Below, piece after piece: positions 34,855-42,662 of a DNA stretch of 42,662 nt. The stretch is from Dehalococcoidales bacterium (GTDB lineage: Bacteria > Chloroflexota > Dehalococcoidia > Dehalococcoidales > RBG-16-60-22). Location of the stretch: positions 1-42,662 of the forward strand of contig JAUWGD010000001.1 of the NCBI GenBank assembly GCA_030606585.1, written 5' to 3'. Made by a program: the position numbers and the translations under genes. The notes under the pieces are model-generated. The model was not told where the DNA came from. It saw only the letters and a list, made by a program, of their open reading frames with translations, and did not search any database. How positions within the stretch are numbered: the first letter of the stretch is position 1; each line of letters opens with the position of its first letter.

Positions 34855-35628
34855 CTATGCCGATAGTTTTTCTTTAACCCGGGCGATTATTTTGGTAAGA
34901 GTCTCGCCCGTTTTTTCACCGATGACGACATCGGCGTGATGGTCGTGAGGAGTTTCTCCGATGTTTAGAATAACCAGTTTGGCGCCGCCGCGCTTGGCGA
35001 TGACCGGCATCTGCGCGGCGGGATAGACCACCAGCGACGAACCGGCGGCCAGGAACAGGTCGCACGCGGCAGACCTTACCTCGGATTCACGTGTCTCCCT
35101 CTCCGGCATCGACTGGCCGTAAGCGACTGTCGCCGGCTTGAGAATACCGTTACAGGTATCGCACCGGGGGACTACCTCACCGGCAAGCATCTTTTGGTGA
35201 ACTTCCTCCCGGGGATATCTGCGCTGGCAGTCGAGACAATCGACCCAGTGCATCGTGCCGTGCAGTTCCAGCACCTTCTCGTCCGGCACACCGGCTTTCT
35301 GGTGGAGGCCGTCGGTATTCTGCGTTATAATGCAGTCCAGCTTGCCCATATTATTAAGCTCGGCAACGGCATAGTGACCGCTGTTGGGCTCGGCTTCTCT
35401 TACCGTTTCCCAGAACATCTTGTGCACCTGCCAGTATTTCTCCCTGATTTCTTCGCTCCGCAGAAAATTCGGCAGATTCAATTCGCTGGGGTCGAACTGG
35501 CTCCAGACCCCCTGCGGACCGCGAAAATCGGGAACGTCCGATTCAGTACTGAATCCGGCTCCGGTAAAGACGACGACCTTTTTCGACTCTACAATCATAT
35601 CAGCTACAGCTTCAATATGCTCCATCAT
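34855..35628 (-). CDS. cobB: NAD-dependent protein deacylase, Sir2 family
   Basis: GAGFSTESDVPDFRG, ITQNTDGLH, HG, a CxxC...CxxC zinc ribbon, and the VVYP motif. Confidence 0.9.
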   Translation of the reverse strand: MMEHIEAVADMIVESKKVVVFTGAGFSTESDVPDFRGPQGVWSQFDPSELNLPNFLRSEEIREKYWQVHKMFWETVREAEPNSGHYAVAELNNMGKLDCIITQNTDGLHQKAGVPDEKVLELHGTMHWVDCLDCQRRYPREEVHQKMLAGEVVPRCDTCNGILKPATVAYGQSMPERETRESEVRSAACDLFLAAGSSLVVYPAAQMPVIAKRGGAKLVILNIGETPHDHHADVVIGEKTGETLTKIIARVKEKLSA

Positions 35629-35672
35629 TAACCTCCGTAAAAATTGTGGACTCTTTTAAAAATAAAATCCGG

Positions 35673-36320
35673 CTAACTTACCCTGATCACGGCCTTAGCC
35701 AGTCCCCAGGAATACTCATACAGGTGCAATCCCTTGCTCATGGCTACCAATTCGCCGTCTTCAATACCTATCTCGCCAGCCATGTATTCCTTGAGGAGTT
35801 GAATGGCCGCCAGGTTCGAAGGAAAGCCCGCCCATAAATCCCACGACCGGAAATAGGCGATGAACTTCAGCCTGCCATCACGAATCCTGGTATCAATCAT
35901 TCTGAGGCATGGCGGGTCACGCTGCGAGAGAGAACGGCTACTCCCCACCGACATGAAAGCCTGGTTGGTGTTATAACCGTCCTCCCGGTACATCCTGATT
36001 ACCCTGGCTATCTGTTTTTCAAGATACTGTCCGTAGGTGTACTGCTCTCCCTTTTTCCGGTGGGACGTCATGAGGTAAGGCAAATAACTTTCCACATAAT
36101 CCATGGTACTGGGCGGGGGTACGCCCTGGGGTACGTCCGGTACCAGCGGCCGCGTGCCGGGATAACTGATTTGAATAACGGCTAAATCAAGTTCCTTGCG
36201 TTTCTGACCGGCGTAACTACCCCGGTCTATTTTATATTCGTAGCCTTTGTCCATAGCCTCACACAAGCACATGAACCATGCTTCGGAAAGGTCTCTGGCT
36301 TCAACTACCGAAATTTTCAT
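35673..36320 (-). CDS. archaeal/methanogen-type thymidylate synthase-like protein
   Basis: 215 aa. The PPCLRMIDTRIRDGRLKFIAYFRSWDLWAGFPSNL pattern resembles the short ThyA-like family of methanogens. Confidence 0.6.
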   Translation of the reverse strand: MKISVVEARDLSEAWFMCLCEAMDKGYEYKIDRGSYAGQKRKELDLAVIQISYPGTRPLVPDVPQGVPPPSTMDYVESYLPYLMTSHRKKGEQYTYGQYLEKQIARVIRMYREDGYNTNQAFMSVGSSRSLSQRDPPCLRMIDTRIRDGRLKFIAYFRSWDLWAGFPSNLAAIQLLKEYMAGEIGIEDGELVAMSKGLHLYEYSWGLAKAVIRVS

Positions 36321-36345
36321 GAATAATCCTTTCCTGCCTGAAATT

Positions 36346-37050
36346 CTATTTCCTGCCCCTGACCAGCGTGAAAAACCTGTCCTGGTACTCCTCGAAGACG
36401 CCCCAGTGGTTCAGTTCCCGTTCGAGCTCGTAGGCTTTAATTTCACCCATGGCTACCTGCTGGAACATCTCCTCGATTTTCTGCCGGGCGCCGACGGGCA
36501 CTCCGCCGTGACTCATGCCAAGCAATCCCCTGGAGCCAAGCTGGGCGATATTCTCCGGCATGGAGCGGGTGGTAATCTCGTAAATAAACTTCAGCAGGGA
36601 TACATCCCAGAGTTCGTCCTGCCCCTTGATGATGGAAGCCAGGGGGTCGCCCTTTTTATCAATTTCTTCATTCAACCTGTCCACCACGACCGGCCAGCTG
36701 TCCGAGACGATATTAAGTTCCTTCGGCTCGTTTTTATAGGTATAAAACAGGCCGGGAGTATCCGGGCCGTGCATTCTGAGTAGCATCTCGAAATACCGGC
36801 GGGCATCGTAACTGAACCCTTCAAGCTGGGTCAGATAATAAGGCGTGACAATCTTCGGCCTCTCGGCGATAACCCTGCCCTCTCTGATTACCGTTTCGCT
36901 GACATCTTTAACAAGCTCCGAGTAGATAGGCTCGGTGACGATGTAGTAATAGACATTGGTAACCCCGAAGGTGGCCAGGTGCTGCCGGGGATGCCTCAGT
37001 ATTTCAGTGTGGCGAGCCGCGTGTTCGATTTTATCGCTATCAGCATCCAT
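36346..37050 (-). CDS. conserved hypothetical protein
   Basis: Long ORF in an operon-like array. No domain was recognised. Confidence 0.5.
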   Translation of the reverse strand: MDADSDKIEHAARHTEILRHPRQHLATFGVTNVYYYIVTEPIYSELVKDVSETVIREGRVIAERPKIVTPYYLTQLEGFSYDARRYFEMLLRMHGPDTPGLFYTYKNEPKELNIVSDSWPVVVDRLNEEIDKKGDPLASIIKGQDELWDVSLLKFIYEITTRSMPENIAQLGSRGLLGMSHGGVPVGARQKIEEMFQQVAMGEIKAYELERELNHWGVFEEYQDRFFTLVRGRK

Positions 37051-37058
37051 GATTATTC

Positions 37059-37652
37059 CTAGTCGATTGCCGCCAGTTCCAGCTTGTATTCATCCAGCAC
37101 CGAGATATACTGCGCTTCCATCTGGGACTGCACTCTCTGCCACTCCTCCAGGAACTGCGGCTGTTTTTCCACATCTATATTCATCCTGGCGCTGCTGACG
37201 CCGGTCTGCTGCTTGATAGCCTCCTGTATCTTAGCCTCAAATTCGGTCTTTAAAGATTCGTAGGCCTGCTGCTTCTGCTGGGCTCCTTCCTGCAGATAGT
37301 GGTCCAGCACTTTCCTTATCTTGCTGAAAACATTCTCGGCGGCTACTTTATCGTTTTTCAGAGCCTTCAAGCCGTCCATTGCTTCGTTATTGGTCCTCCG
37401 GGCGGCCTCATTCCTGGGGAGGCTGATATTCCTCAGAAGAATATCGTTGACGCTGGTTACGACAACCTTCCTGGCTTTATCGTCATACTTGCTTACCTCA
37501 CTGACCAGATTGCAGTTTTCTCTCAGGTAGTGAGCCGCCAGTTTTTCGCCCTCCGGGCCGTACTTCCACTTGAGGCGTTCTTCTTCCGTAGGTTCGCCTA
37601 TTTTGGCCAGTTTTTCCCTGGCTATCTCGGCGGCACTCTTTATCTCGCCCAT
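37059..37652 (-). CDS. hypothetical protein, predicted largely helical
   Basis: Long ORF with GGAG upstream. No domain was recognised. Confidence 0.5.
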   Translation of the reverse strand: MGEIKSAAEIAREKLAKIGEPTEEERLKWKYGPEGEKLAAHYLRENCNLVSEVSKYDDKARKVVVTSVNDILLRNISLPRNEAARRTNNEAMDGLKALKNDKVAAENVFSKIRKVLDHYLQEGAQQKQQAYESLKTEFEAKIQEAIKQQTGVSSARMNIDVEKQPQFLEEWQRVQSQMEAQYISVLDEYKLELAAID

Positions 37653-37787
37653 TTGACTCCTCCAAACCTGTCTTGAAATGAATTATTCAGCTTCAATAAC
37701 TATTATACACCAACAGGGGAACATCAGAAAGGGAAACCAGGGGTCAGGGTGGGAAAAGATAACTATGGCGAGGGGTGGAGTGTGAAC

Positions 37788-39374
37788 CTAACCCTTTTGC
37801 TTGAGCAGCCAGTACTCCAGGCCGTCGGCTAAAGCCAGCCAGCTGGCCTCGATGATATTGGTGGAGCCGCCGACGGTAACCCATTCATCAACGCCGTCAG
37901 AGGACTCAATGAGGACGCGTACCTGCGACTCCGTGCCGGTGCTCTCCTCAAGAATACGCACCTTATAGTCGACGAGCTTGACCTGCTTCAGGCTGGGATA
38001 GAACTGCAGCAGGGCTTTACGCAACGCCCGGTCCAAGGCGTTTACGGGACCGTCGCCTTCCGCCGCCGTGTGTATTATTTCCTTGCCCACCCTTACCTTG
38101 ACCATGGCCTCGGAGATCATTTCCTCGGCGGCCTTGCGCGTGGAGGGACGCCGCTTCGACTCCACGACCACCATAAAGTCGACCAGTTCAAAGGGCGCTT
38201 TGTAGTCCGGCTCAGCCCGGTGGAGGAGTAACTCAAAAGACGCCTCGGCATTGTCATACTGAAAGCCGCGGCTTTCCAAGAATTTAATGTGCGCTAGAAG
38301 TTCTTTAGTGTCTTTCACGTCCGACGATAGGTCGATGCCCAGTTCTTTAGCCTTGGTGATGATATTACGCTTGCCGGACTGGTCGGATACTACCGTCCGC
38401 TGCTTATTGCCAACCTTCGAGGGGTTAATATGCTGGTAGGCCTCCGGCCACTTGGTCATACCGTCCATGTGATAGCCCGCCTTGTGGCTGAAGGCGCTGG
38501 CACCGACGTACGGCGCGTAGGGGTCGGGAGCTTTGTTGGCTATCTCGCTGATAGCATGAGAGATATCCGTCACTTTAGCCAGCTGCTCATCGGTAACGCA
38601 GTCTATACCCATTTTCAGCTTCAAAGCGGGTATGACGGTACAAAGGTTGGTATTGCCGGTACGTTCCCCGTAGCCGTTGATGGTGCCCTGTACCTGGGTC
38701 GCCCCCGCCTGCACCGCCGCCAGCGTATTAGCCAGCGCCAACCCGCCATCGTTATGCGCATGAATCCCCAGCGTAACCGAGGTTGCCTTGGCCGCCGCCT
38801 TGACCGCCTCGGTGATTTCTTCAGGCAGGGCACCGCCGTTAGTATCGCACAGCACCAGGCAGTCGGCCCCGGCATCGGCGGCTACCTCCAGCGTCTTGAG
38901 CGCGTATTTCGCATCGGACTTATAGCCGTCGAAGTAGTGTTCGGCATCGAAGAATACTGAAATTCCTTTCGACTTAATAAAGCGTATGGAATCGGCAATC
39001 ATATTGAGGTTCTCTTCCAGCGTGGTCTTCAGAACACGGACAACCTGTAAGTCCGAACTTTTGGCGACAAGCGTAGCAATCTTAACGCCGGCTTCCACCA
39101 GCATGATGAGGTTATTGTCCTCCTCCGCTCTGGTATCACGGCGCCGGGTGCTGCCGAAACCGACTATTCGTGCGTTCCGCAGCGAGAGTCCCTTCACCTT
39201 CTGATAGAACTCGGCGTCCTTGGGATTGGAACCGGGCCAGCCGCCTTCGATGTAGCGGATGCCCAGTTCATCGAGCTTCCGGGCGATATGCAGCTTATCC
39301 ACCACGGAGAAGGATATACCCTCGCTCTGTGCCCCGTCACGCAGCGTGGTATCGTAAAGCTCAATCTTTACCAA
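37788..39374 (-). CDS. cimA: citramalate synthase (2-isopropylmalate synthase family)
   Basis: YDTTLRDGAQSEGISFS, GWPGSNPKD, HAHND, and a length of about 528 aa with a LeuA-dimer C-terminal domain. This is typical of CimA. Confidence 0.8.
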   Translation of the reverse strand: MVKIELYDTTLRDGAQSEGISFSVVDKLHIARKLDELGIRYIEGGWPGSNPKDAEFYQKVKGLSLRNARIVGFGSTRRRDTRAEEDNNLIMLVEAGVKIATLVAKSSDLQVVRVLKTTLEENLNMIADSIRFIKSKGISVFFDAEHYFDGYKSDAKYALKTLEVAADAGADCLVLCDTNGGALPEEITEAVKAAAKATSVTLGIHAHNDGGLALANTLAAVQAGATQVQGTINGYGERTGNTNLCTVIPALKLKMGIDCVTDEQLAKVTDISHAISEIANKAPDPYAPYVGASAFSHKAGYHMDGMTKWPEAYQHINPSKVGNKQRTVVSDQSGKRNIITKAKELGIDLSSDVKDTKELLAHIKFLESRGFQYDNAEASFELLLHRAEPDYKAPFELVDFMVVVESKRRPSTRKAAEEMISEAMVKVRVGKEIIHTAAEGDGPVNALDRALRKALLQFYPSLKQVKLVDYKVRILEESTGTESQVRVLIESSDGVDEWVTVGGSTNIIEASWLALADGLEYWLLKQKG

Positions 39375-39377
39375 CTT

Positions 39378-40472
39378 TTAGCCTCCCGCCTTCCCGGCAA
39401 TAAGGTCGCCCATCTCTTTGGTGCCGACCTTAGTTTTCCCTTCACTCATTATATCATAGGTGCGGTAGCCTTCATTCAGGACAGCTTCAACGGCAGATTC
39501 GACCGCCTGCGCTTCTTTCTCCAGCGCACAGGAGTAACGCAGCATCATGGCGACGCTCAGGATTATAGCGATGGGATTGACCATATCGAGTCCGGCACGG
39601 CGTGGCGCGCTGCCGTGAATAGGCTCATACAGTCCGAATATCCTGACGCCCGCCTCGGGTACGCCCGCCAGACTCGCCGAGGGCAACATACCCATCGAGC
39701 CCGCCAGCATGGAAGCCTCGTCGGTGAGAATATCGCCGAAGGTATTTTCCGTAACCAGCGTGTCCAGGTATTTGGGATTCTGGATGATGCGCATGGAGCA
39801 GGCATCCACGAGCATGTGCTCCAGAGTGACATCCGGGTAACTCTCGGCGACTTCCACAGCGACCTGCCGCCAGAGTCGTGACGACTCCAGCACGTTGGCC
39901 TTATCTACCGAGATGAGCTTTTTCTGCCGTCTTTGCGCCAGCTCAAAGCCTACCCGCACGATACGCTCGATCTCCTGCTCAGAGTACGCCATGGAGTCGA
40001 CGGCGCGCCTGCCCTTCGCTGTCTGCCACCGCCGCTTGGGCTTGCCGAAATACAGTCCGCCGGTCAGCTCGCGCACGAAGATAAATTCGACGCCCTCGAT
40101 TACCTCCGGCTTGAAGTTGGTAGAGTCGACCAGCACCGGAAAGACCTTGACCGGGCGGAGGTTGGCAAAAAGCCCCAGGTATTTACGCATTTCCAGCAGG
40201 CCATCCTCGGGGCGTACCTTGTTCAGGGGGTCGTCCCACTTGGGACCGCCCACGGCGCCCAGCAGAACGGCATCGCTTTTCTTACACTGTGCTAACGTAT
40301 CCCCGGATACAGCCACGCCTTCCGCATCGATAGCCGCCCCACCGATAAGCCTGTTTTCGAGGTAAAAACCGTGGCCGAATTTTTTACCGACCGCCTGCAA
40401 CGCCTTGATTGCTTCGGCGGTAACATCAGGGCCAACGCCGTCACCGGGTAATACTGTCAGGTTAAAATTCAC
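39378..40472 (-). CDS. leuB: 3-isopropylmalate dehydrogenase
   Basis: LPGDGVGPDV, SVDKANVL, and NLFGDILSD-type (NTFGDILTDEAS) motifs. Confidence 0.9.
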   Translation of the reverse strand: MNFNLTVLPGDGVGPDVTAEAIKALQAVGKKFGHGFYLENRLIGGAAIDAEGVAVSGDTLAQCKKSDAVLLGAVGGPKWDDPLNKVRPEDGLLEMRKYLGLFANLRPVKVFPVLVDSTNFKPEVIEGVEFIFVRELTGGLYFGKPKRRWQTAKGRRAVDSMAYSEQEIERIVRVGFELAQRRQKKLISVDKANVLESSRLWRQVAVEVAESYPDVTLEHMLVDACSMRIIQNPKYLDTLVTENTFGDILTDEASMLAGSMGMLPSASLAGVPEAGVRIFGLYEPIHGSAPRRAGLDMVNPIAIILSVAMMLRYSCALEKEAQAVESAVEAVLNEGYRTYDIMSEGKTKVGTKEMGDLIAGKAGG

Positions 40473-40973
40473 TTAAGTCCTCCTGGCCAATCGTTGTTTG
40501 GTATATTCGATTAATCCCCCGGCCGAAATCAGCTCGGCCATGAATTCGGGAAAAGGCTCGGCGGTAAAGTCCACGCTCCGGGTGACGTTCTTAATTTTGC
40601 CCTTCGAAAGGTCGACTTCCAGGACGTCTCCGGCTTCGGTTTTATCAACCGCCTGCGGGCACTCCAGAAGCGGCAGGCCGATGTTGATGGCGTTGCGGAA
40701 GAAGATGCGGGCGAAGCTTTTGGCGATAACGCAGGATACCCCAACCGCTTTGATAGCCAGCGGGGCGTGCTCCCGCGAGGAGCCGCAGCCGAAGTTGGTG
40801 GTGGCCATGATGATATCGCCGGGCTTGACCGTTTTCAGGAATTCCGCATCGATATCTTCCATGCAGTGTTCGGCTAATTCATCGGGGTCGGACATGCTGA
40901 GGTAACGGGCGGGGATAATAACATCCGTGTTAACATCGGCGCCGTATTTAAAGACTTTGCCTTTGAGTTTCAT
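40473..40973 (-). CDS. leuD: 3-isopropylmalate dehydratase small subunit (short, archaeal-type)
   Basis: 166 aa with [11 protein letters not shown] and [12 protein letters not shown]. Confidence 0.9.
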   Translation of the reverse strand: MKLKGKVFKYGADVNTDVIIPARYLSMSDPDELAEHCMEDIDAEFLKTVKPGDIIMATTNFGCGSSREHAPLAIKAVGVSCVIAKSFARIFFRNAINIGLPLLECPQAVDKTEAGDVLEVDLSKGKIKNVTRSVDFTAEPFPEFMAELISAGGLIEYTKQRLARRT

Positions 40974-40982
40974 CTTGGCTCC

Positions 40983-42278
40983 TTAATTTACACTCTCACC
41001 TTTCCAACGATACGCATGACGAAAACCCTTAGCTTCTGCTTCGGTAATCGTTCCAACATAACACTCCAATCTTTCTTCTTCTATTAATGCAGTGTCATAT
41101 TGCTGGTCAAATGGTAGATGATATATTTGTTCTTCAGTTCTCCGAGCTACATTACATTTTACAGAAGGGTAAGGCGGAATAAGTTTGGGAAATGGAACGA
41201 CTTCAACTGCTACACCGAGCACTTTAGCAACTTGCTCCGCCTTGTCAGAAACCTTCGCCGTTGCTATCAGCTTGGGAATTACATTTCTCTTACCAATAAG
41301 TTCAGGAAATATAGATAACTGCAATTTCTCTTTGTCACTAAAGTTTTCTAAATAATATTCGACCGTTGTGCCGAACAAATAAAAAATGTGTTTTTCATGT
41401 ATAACTTTCTCTTGTGCCCAACGTTTACACTGGATTATCTCTATTATATTATCCTTTTTACATATTAAATCTCTCCCCAAATCCTCAAAACCTTTCTTTC
41501 CATGATAATACACCTTCCAGCCTATTGTCTCATACAAATATCCAATATACCTTTCATAATCCCTCCCGATTTGCCAATCGGATTTGTTAGGTTTTCCCCA
41601 ATACCAATCTAACTTTCTCTGCAACTTCTCATTAGGTGTGAGCCCTTCATAATATTTAGGCCCGTAATGCCTTTTTACTTCCTCATCAAACTCTTTCTCT
41701 TTTTTCTCCCACGCTGAATGTATCTCTTTTATAATTTCATCTAACTCGTTAGCGTCAACTCCAATATAGTCATCCAACCAAGGAGCTAGATACCTAGAAT
41801 AATCTAAAAGGTAATTAGCCAACCTTGCCGCCTTTTCAGACTCACGACGTTCCTTAGATATTTGCCTAATTTGTTCTGCAGCTTTCAATGCTGGATGGGA
41901 TTTATATACTAAATGTCGTGCTAAGTTCGAGTCATGTAGAAAAAAGTAATCGTCGTAAGCTTTAACTAACCAAGGAAACCCTTCAGTTTTTTCTTTAACA
42001 AAAATCTCTAAATCTGTCTTCTGTTTTTTTAGCTCTGCCTCTTTTGACTCCAGCTCCTTTTTAAGTTTGTATTCCCTCTTTTCCGCTTCACGTCTCTCTT
42101 GCTCTGCTTTTTGCCTTAATTTGGCTTCTATTGAATCCAACTCCTCTAATTTTTCCAACTTGGGCTTCAGTTCAGCGTATTTTCTCGCCTGCTCTTGCAG
42201 TCTTGATAACCTACTATTAAGCCACACAATAAGCCAAATACCAGCTACTACGGCAATAAATATTAGCCAACCTTCCAT
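40983..42278 (-). CDS. membrane-anchored coiled-coil protein with an Mrr-type (PD-(D/E)xK) restriction endonuclease domain
   Basis: N-terminal TM helix (WLIFIAVVAGIWLIVWL), a long charged coiled coil, then GRDYERYIGYLYE..GWKV....K.GFEDLGRDLICKKDNIIEIIQCKRW (Mrr_cat-like D...E.xQCK) and a C-terminal IYHLP...EAEAKGFRHA tail. It is visibly more AT-rich than the flanking leu genes. Confidence 0.65.
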   Translation of the reverse strand: MEGWLIFIAVVAGIWLIVWLNSRLSRLQEQARKYAELKPKLEKLEELDSIEAKLRQKAEQERREAEKREYKLKKELESKEAELKKQKTDLEIFVKEKTEGFPWLVKAYDDYFFLHDSNLARHLVYKSHPALKAAEQIRQISKERRESEKAARLANYLLDYSRYLAPWLDDYIGVDANELDEIIKEIHSAWEKKEKEFDEEVKRHYGPKYYEGLTPNEKLQRKLDWYWGKPNKSDWQIGRDYERYIGYLYETIGWKVYYHGKKGFEDLGRDLICKKDNIIEIIQCKRWAQEKVIHEKHIFYLFGTTVEYYLENFSDKEKLQLSIFPELIGKRNVIPKLIATAKVSDKAEQVAKVLGVAVEVVPFPKLIPPYPSVKCNVARRTEEQIYHLPFDQQYDTALIEEERLECYVGTITEAEAKGFRHAYRWKGESVN

Positions 42279-42332
42279 ACCTGCCCCCTACACCCTACAC
42301 TCAAACCACCACCAGCTTACTCTCCCGGCCCT

Positions 42333-42662
42333 TCACACACTGTTATTTTCATCTTTCCTGTGTCCCATAACATCGTCGGGGCTGACAATTCTGCCCGCCA
42401 CGGCGCTGGCGGCGGCAACCGCCGGATTAGCCAGGTAGACCTCCGATTTCGGACTGCCCATCCTGCCGACGAAGTTACGGTTGGTAGTCGAGATACAGCG
42501 CTCGCCCTCAGCCAGGACGCCCATGTGTCCGCCGAGACACGGCCCGCAGGTCGGTGTGCTGACCACCGCCCCCGCCTTGATAAACGTCTCTAGCAAACCT
42601 TCCAATAAAGCAGCGAGGTACACCTGCTGCGTGCCGGGTATGATAATACAGCGTATCCTCTC
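42333..42662 (-). CDS. leuC: 3-isopropylmalate dehydratase large subunit, C-terminal part (gene continues past the right edge)
   Basis: [32 protein letters not shown] is the aconitase-family LeuC signature. The reading frame stays open to the window end. Confidence 0.9.
   Translation of the reverse strand, partial: ERIRCIIIPGTQQVYLAALLEGLLETFIKAGAVVSTPTCGPCLGGHMGVLAEGERCISTTNRNFVGRMGSPKSEVYLANPAVAAASAVAGRIVSPDDVMGHRKDENNSV

Noticed and set aside
1-42662. CRISPR arrays, rRNA genes, transposases, integrases, and phage structural or toxin-antitoxin pairs.
   Set aside because: I saw no short regularly spaced repeats, no rRNA-like conserved tracts, and no DDE/tyrosine/serine recombinase motifs in any frame.

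Overview
This 42.7 kb chromosomal segment comes from an anaerobe. The gene content looks Dehalococcoidia/Chloroflexota-like: a Dehalococcoides-type RdhA, citramalate-route leu genes, and a short archaeal-type LeuD. That taxonomic placement is inference only. Left to right, the window contains: a dxs 5' end, a small membrane protein and tRNA-Arg(UCU); two divergently arranged modules, each pairing an SDR dehydrogenase with a large protein that the ORF track splits at an in-frame TGA (I read both as UxxC selenoproteins with SECIS-like hairpins); a minus-strand operon with MetF, MetV and an NfnB/GltD-like flavoprotein fused to MvhD, followed by a REC-REC protein; two NarL-type two-component systems; a plus-strand operon of three tandem single-pass microproteins, two HybA/NrfC-like four-cluster FeS proteins (one Tat, one not), an NrfD/HybB-like membrane protein and a kinase-less membrane Cys-PAS sensor; a more AT-rich block (a small PLDc_N gene, a GlcD/GlcF-like FAD/FeS oxidoreductase trio, a degenerate second copy of the PLDc_N 5' end, and an orphan rdhA with a decayed Tat signal and no rdhB); two cupins; menaquinone genes (menA, ubiE/menG, a HemN-like class-C radical SAM candidate MenK); a GAF-HD-GYP protein, a lipoprotein, Sir2, an archaeal-type ThyA-like protein and two hypotheticals; and cimA-leuB-leuD-leuC, where leuC and leuD are separated by an AT-rich membrane-anchored Mrr-type nuclease gene. 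I saw no CRISPR array, rRNA, transposase or integrase. All family assignments come from motif recognition by eye. No searches were run.
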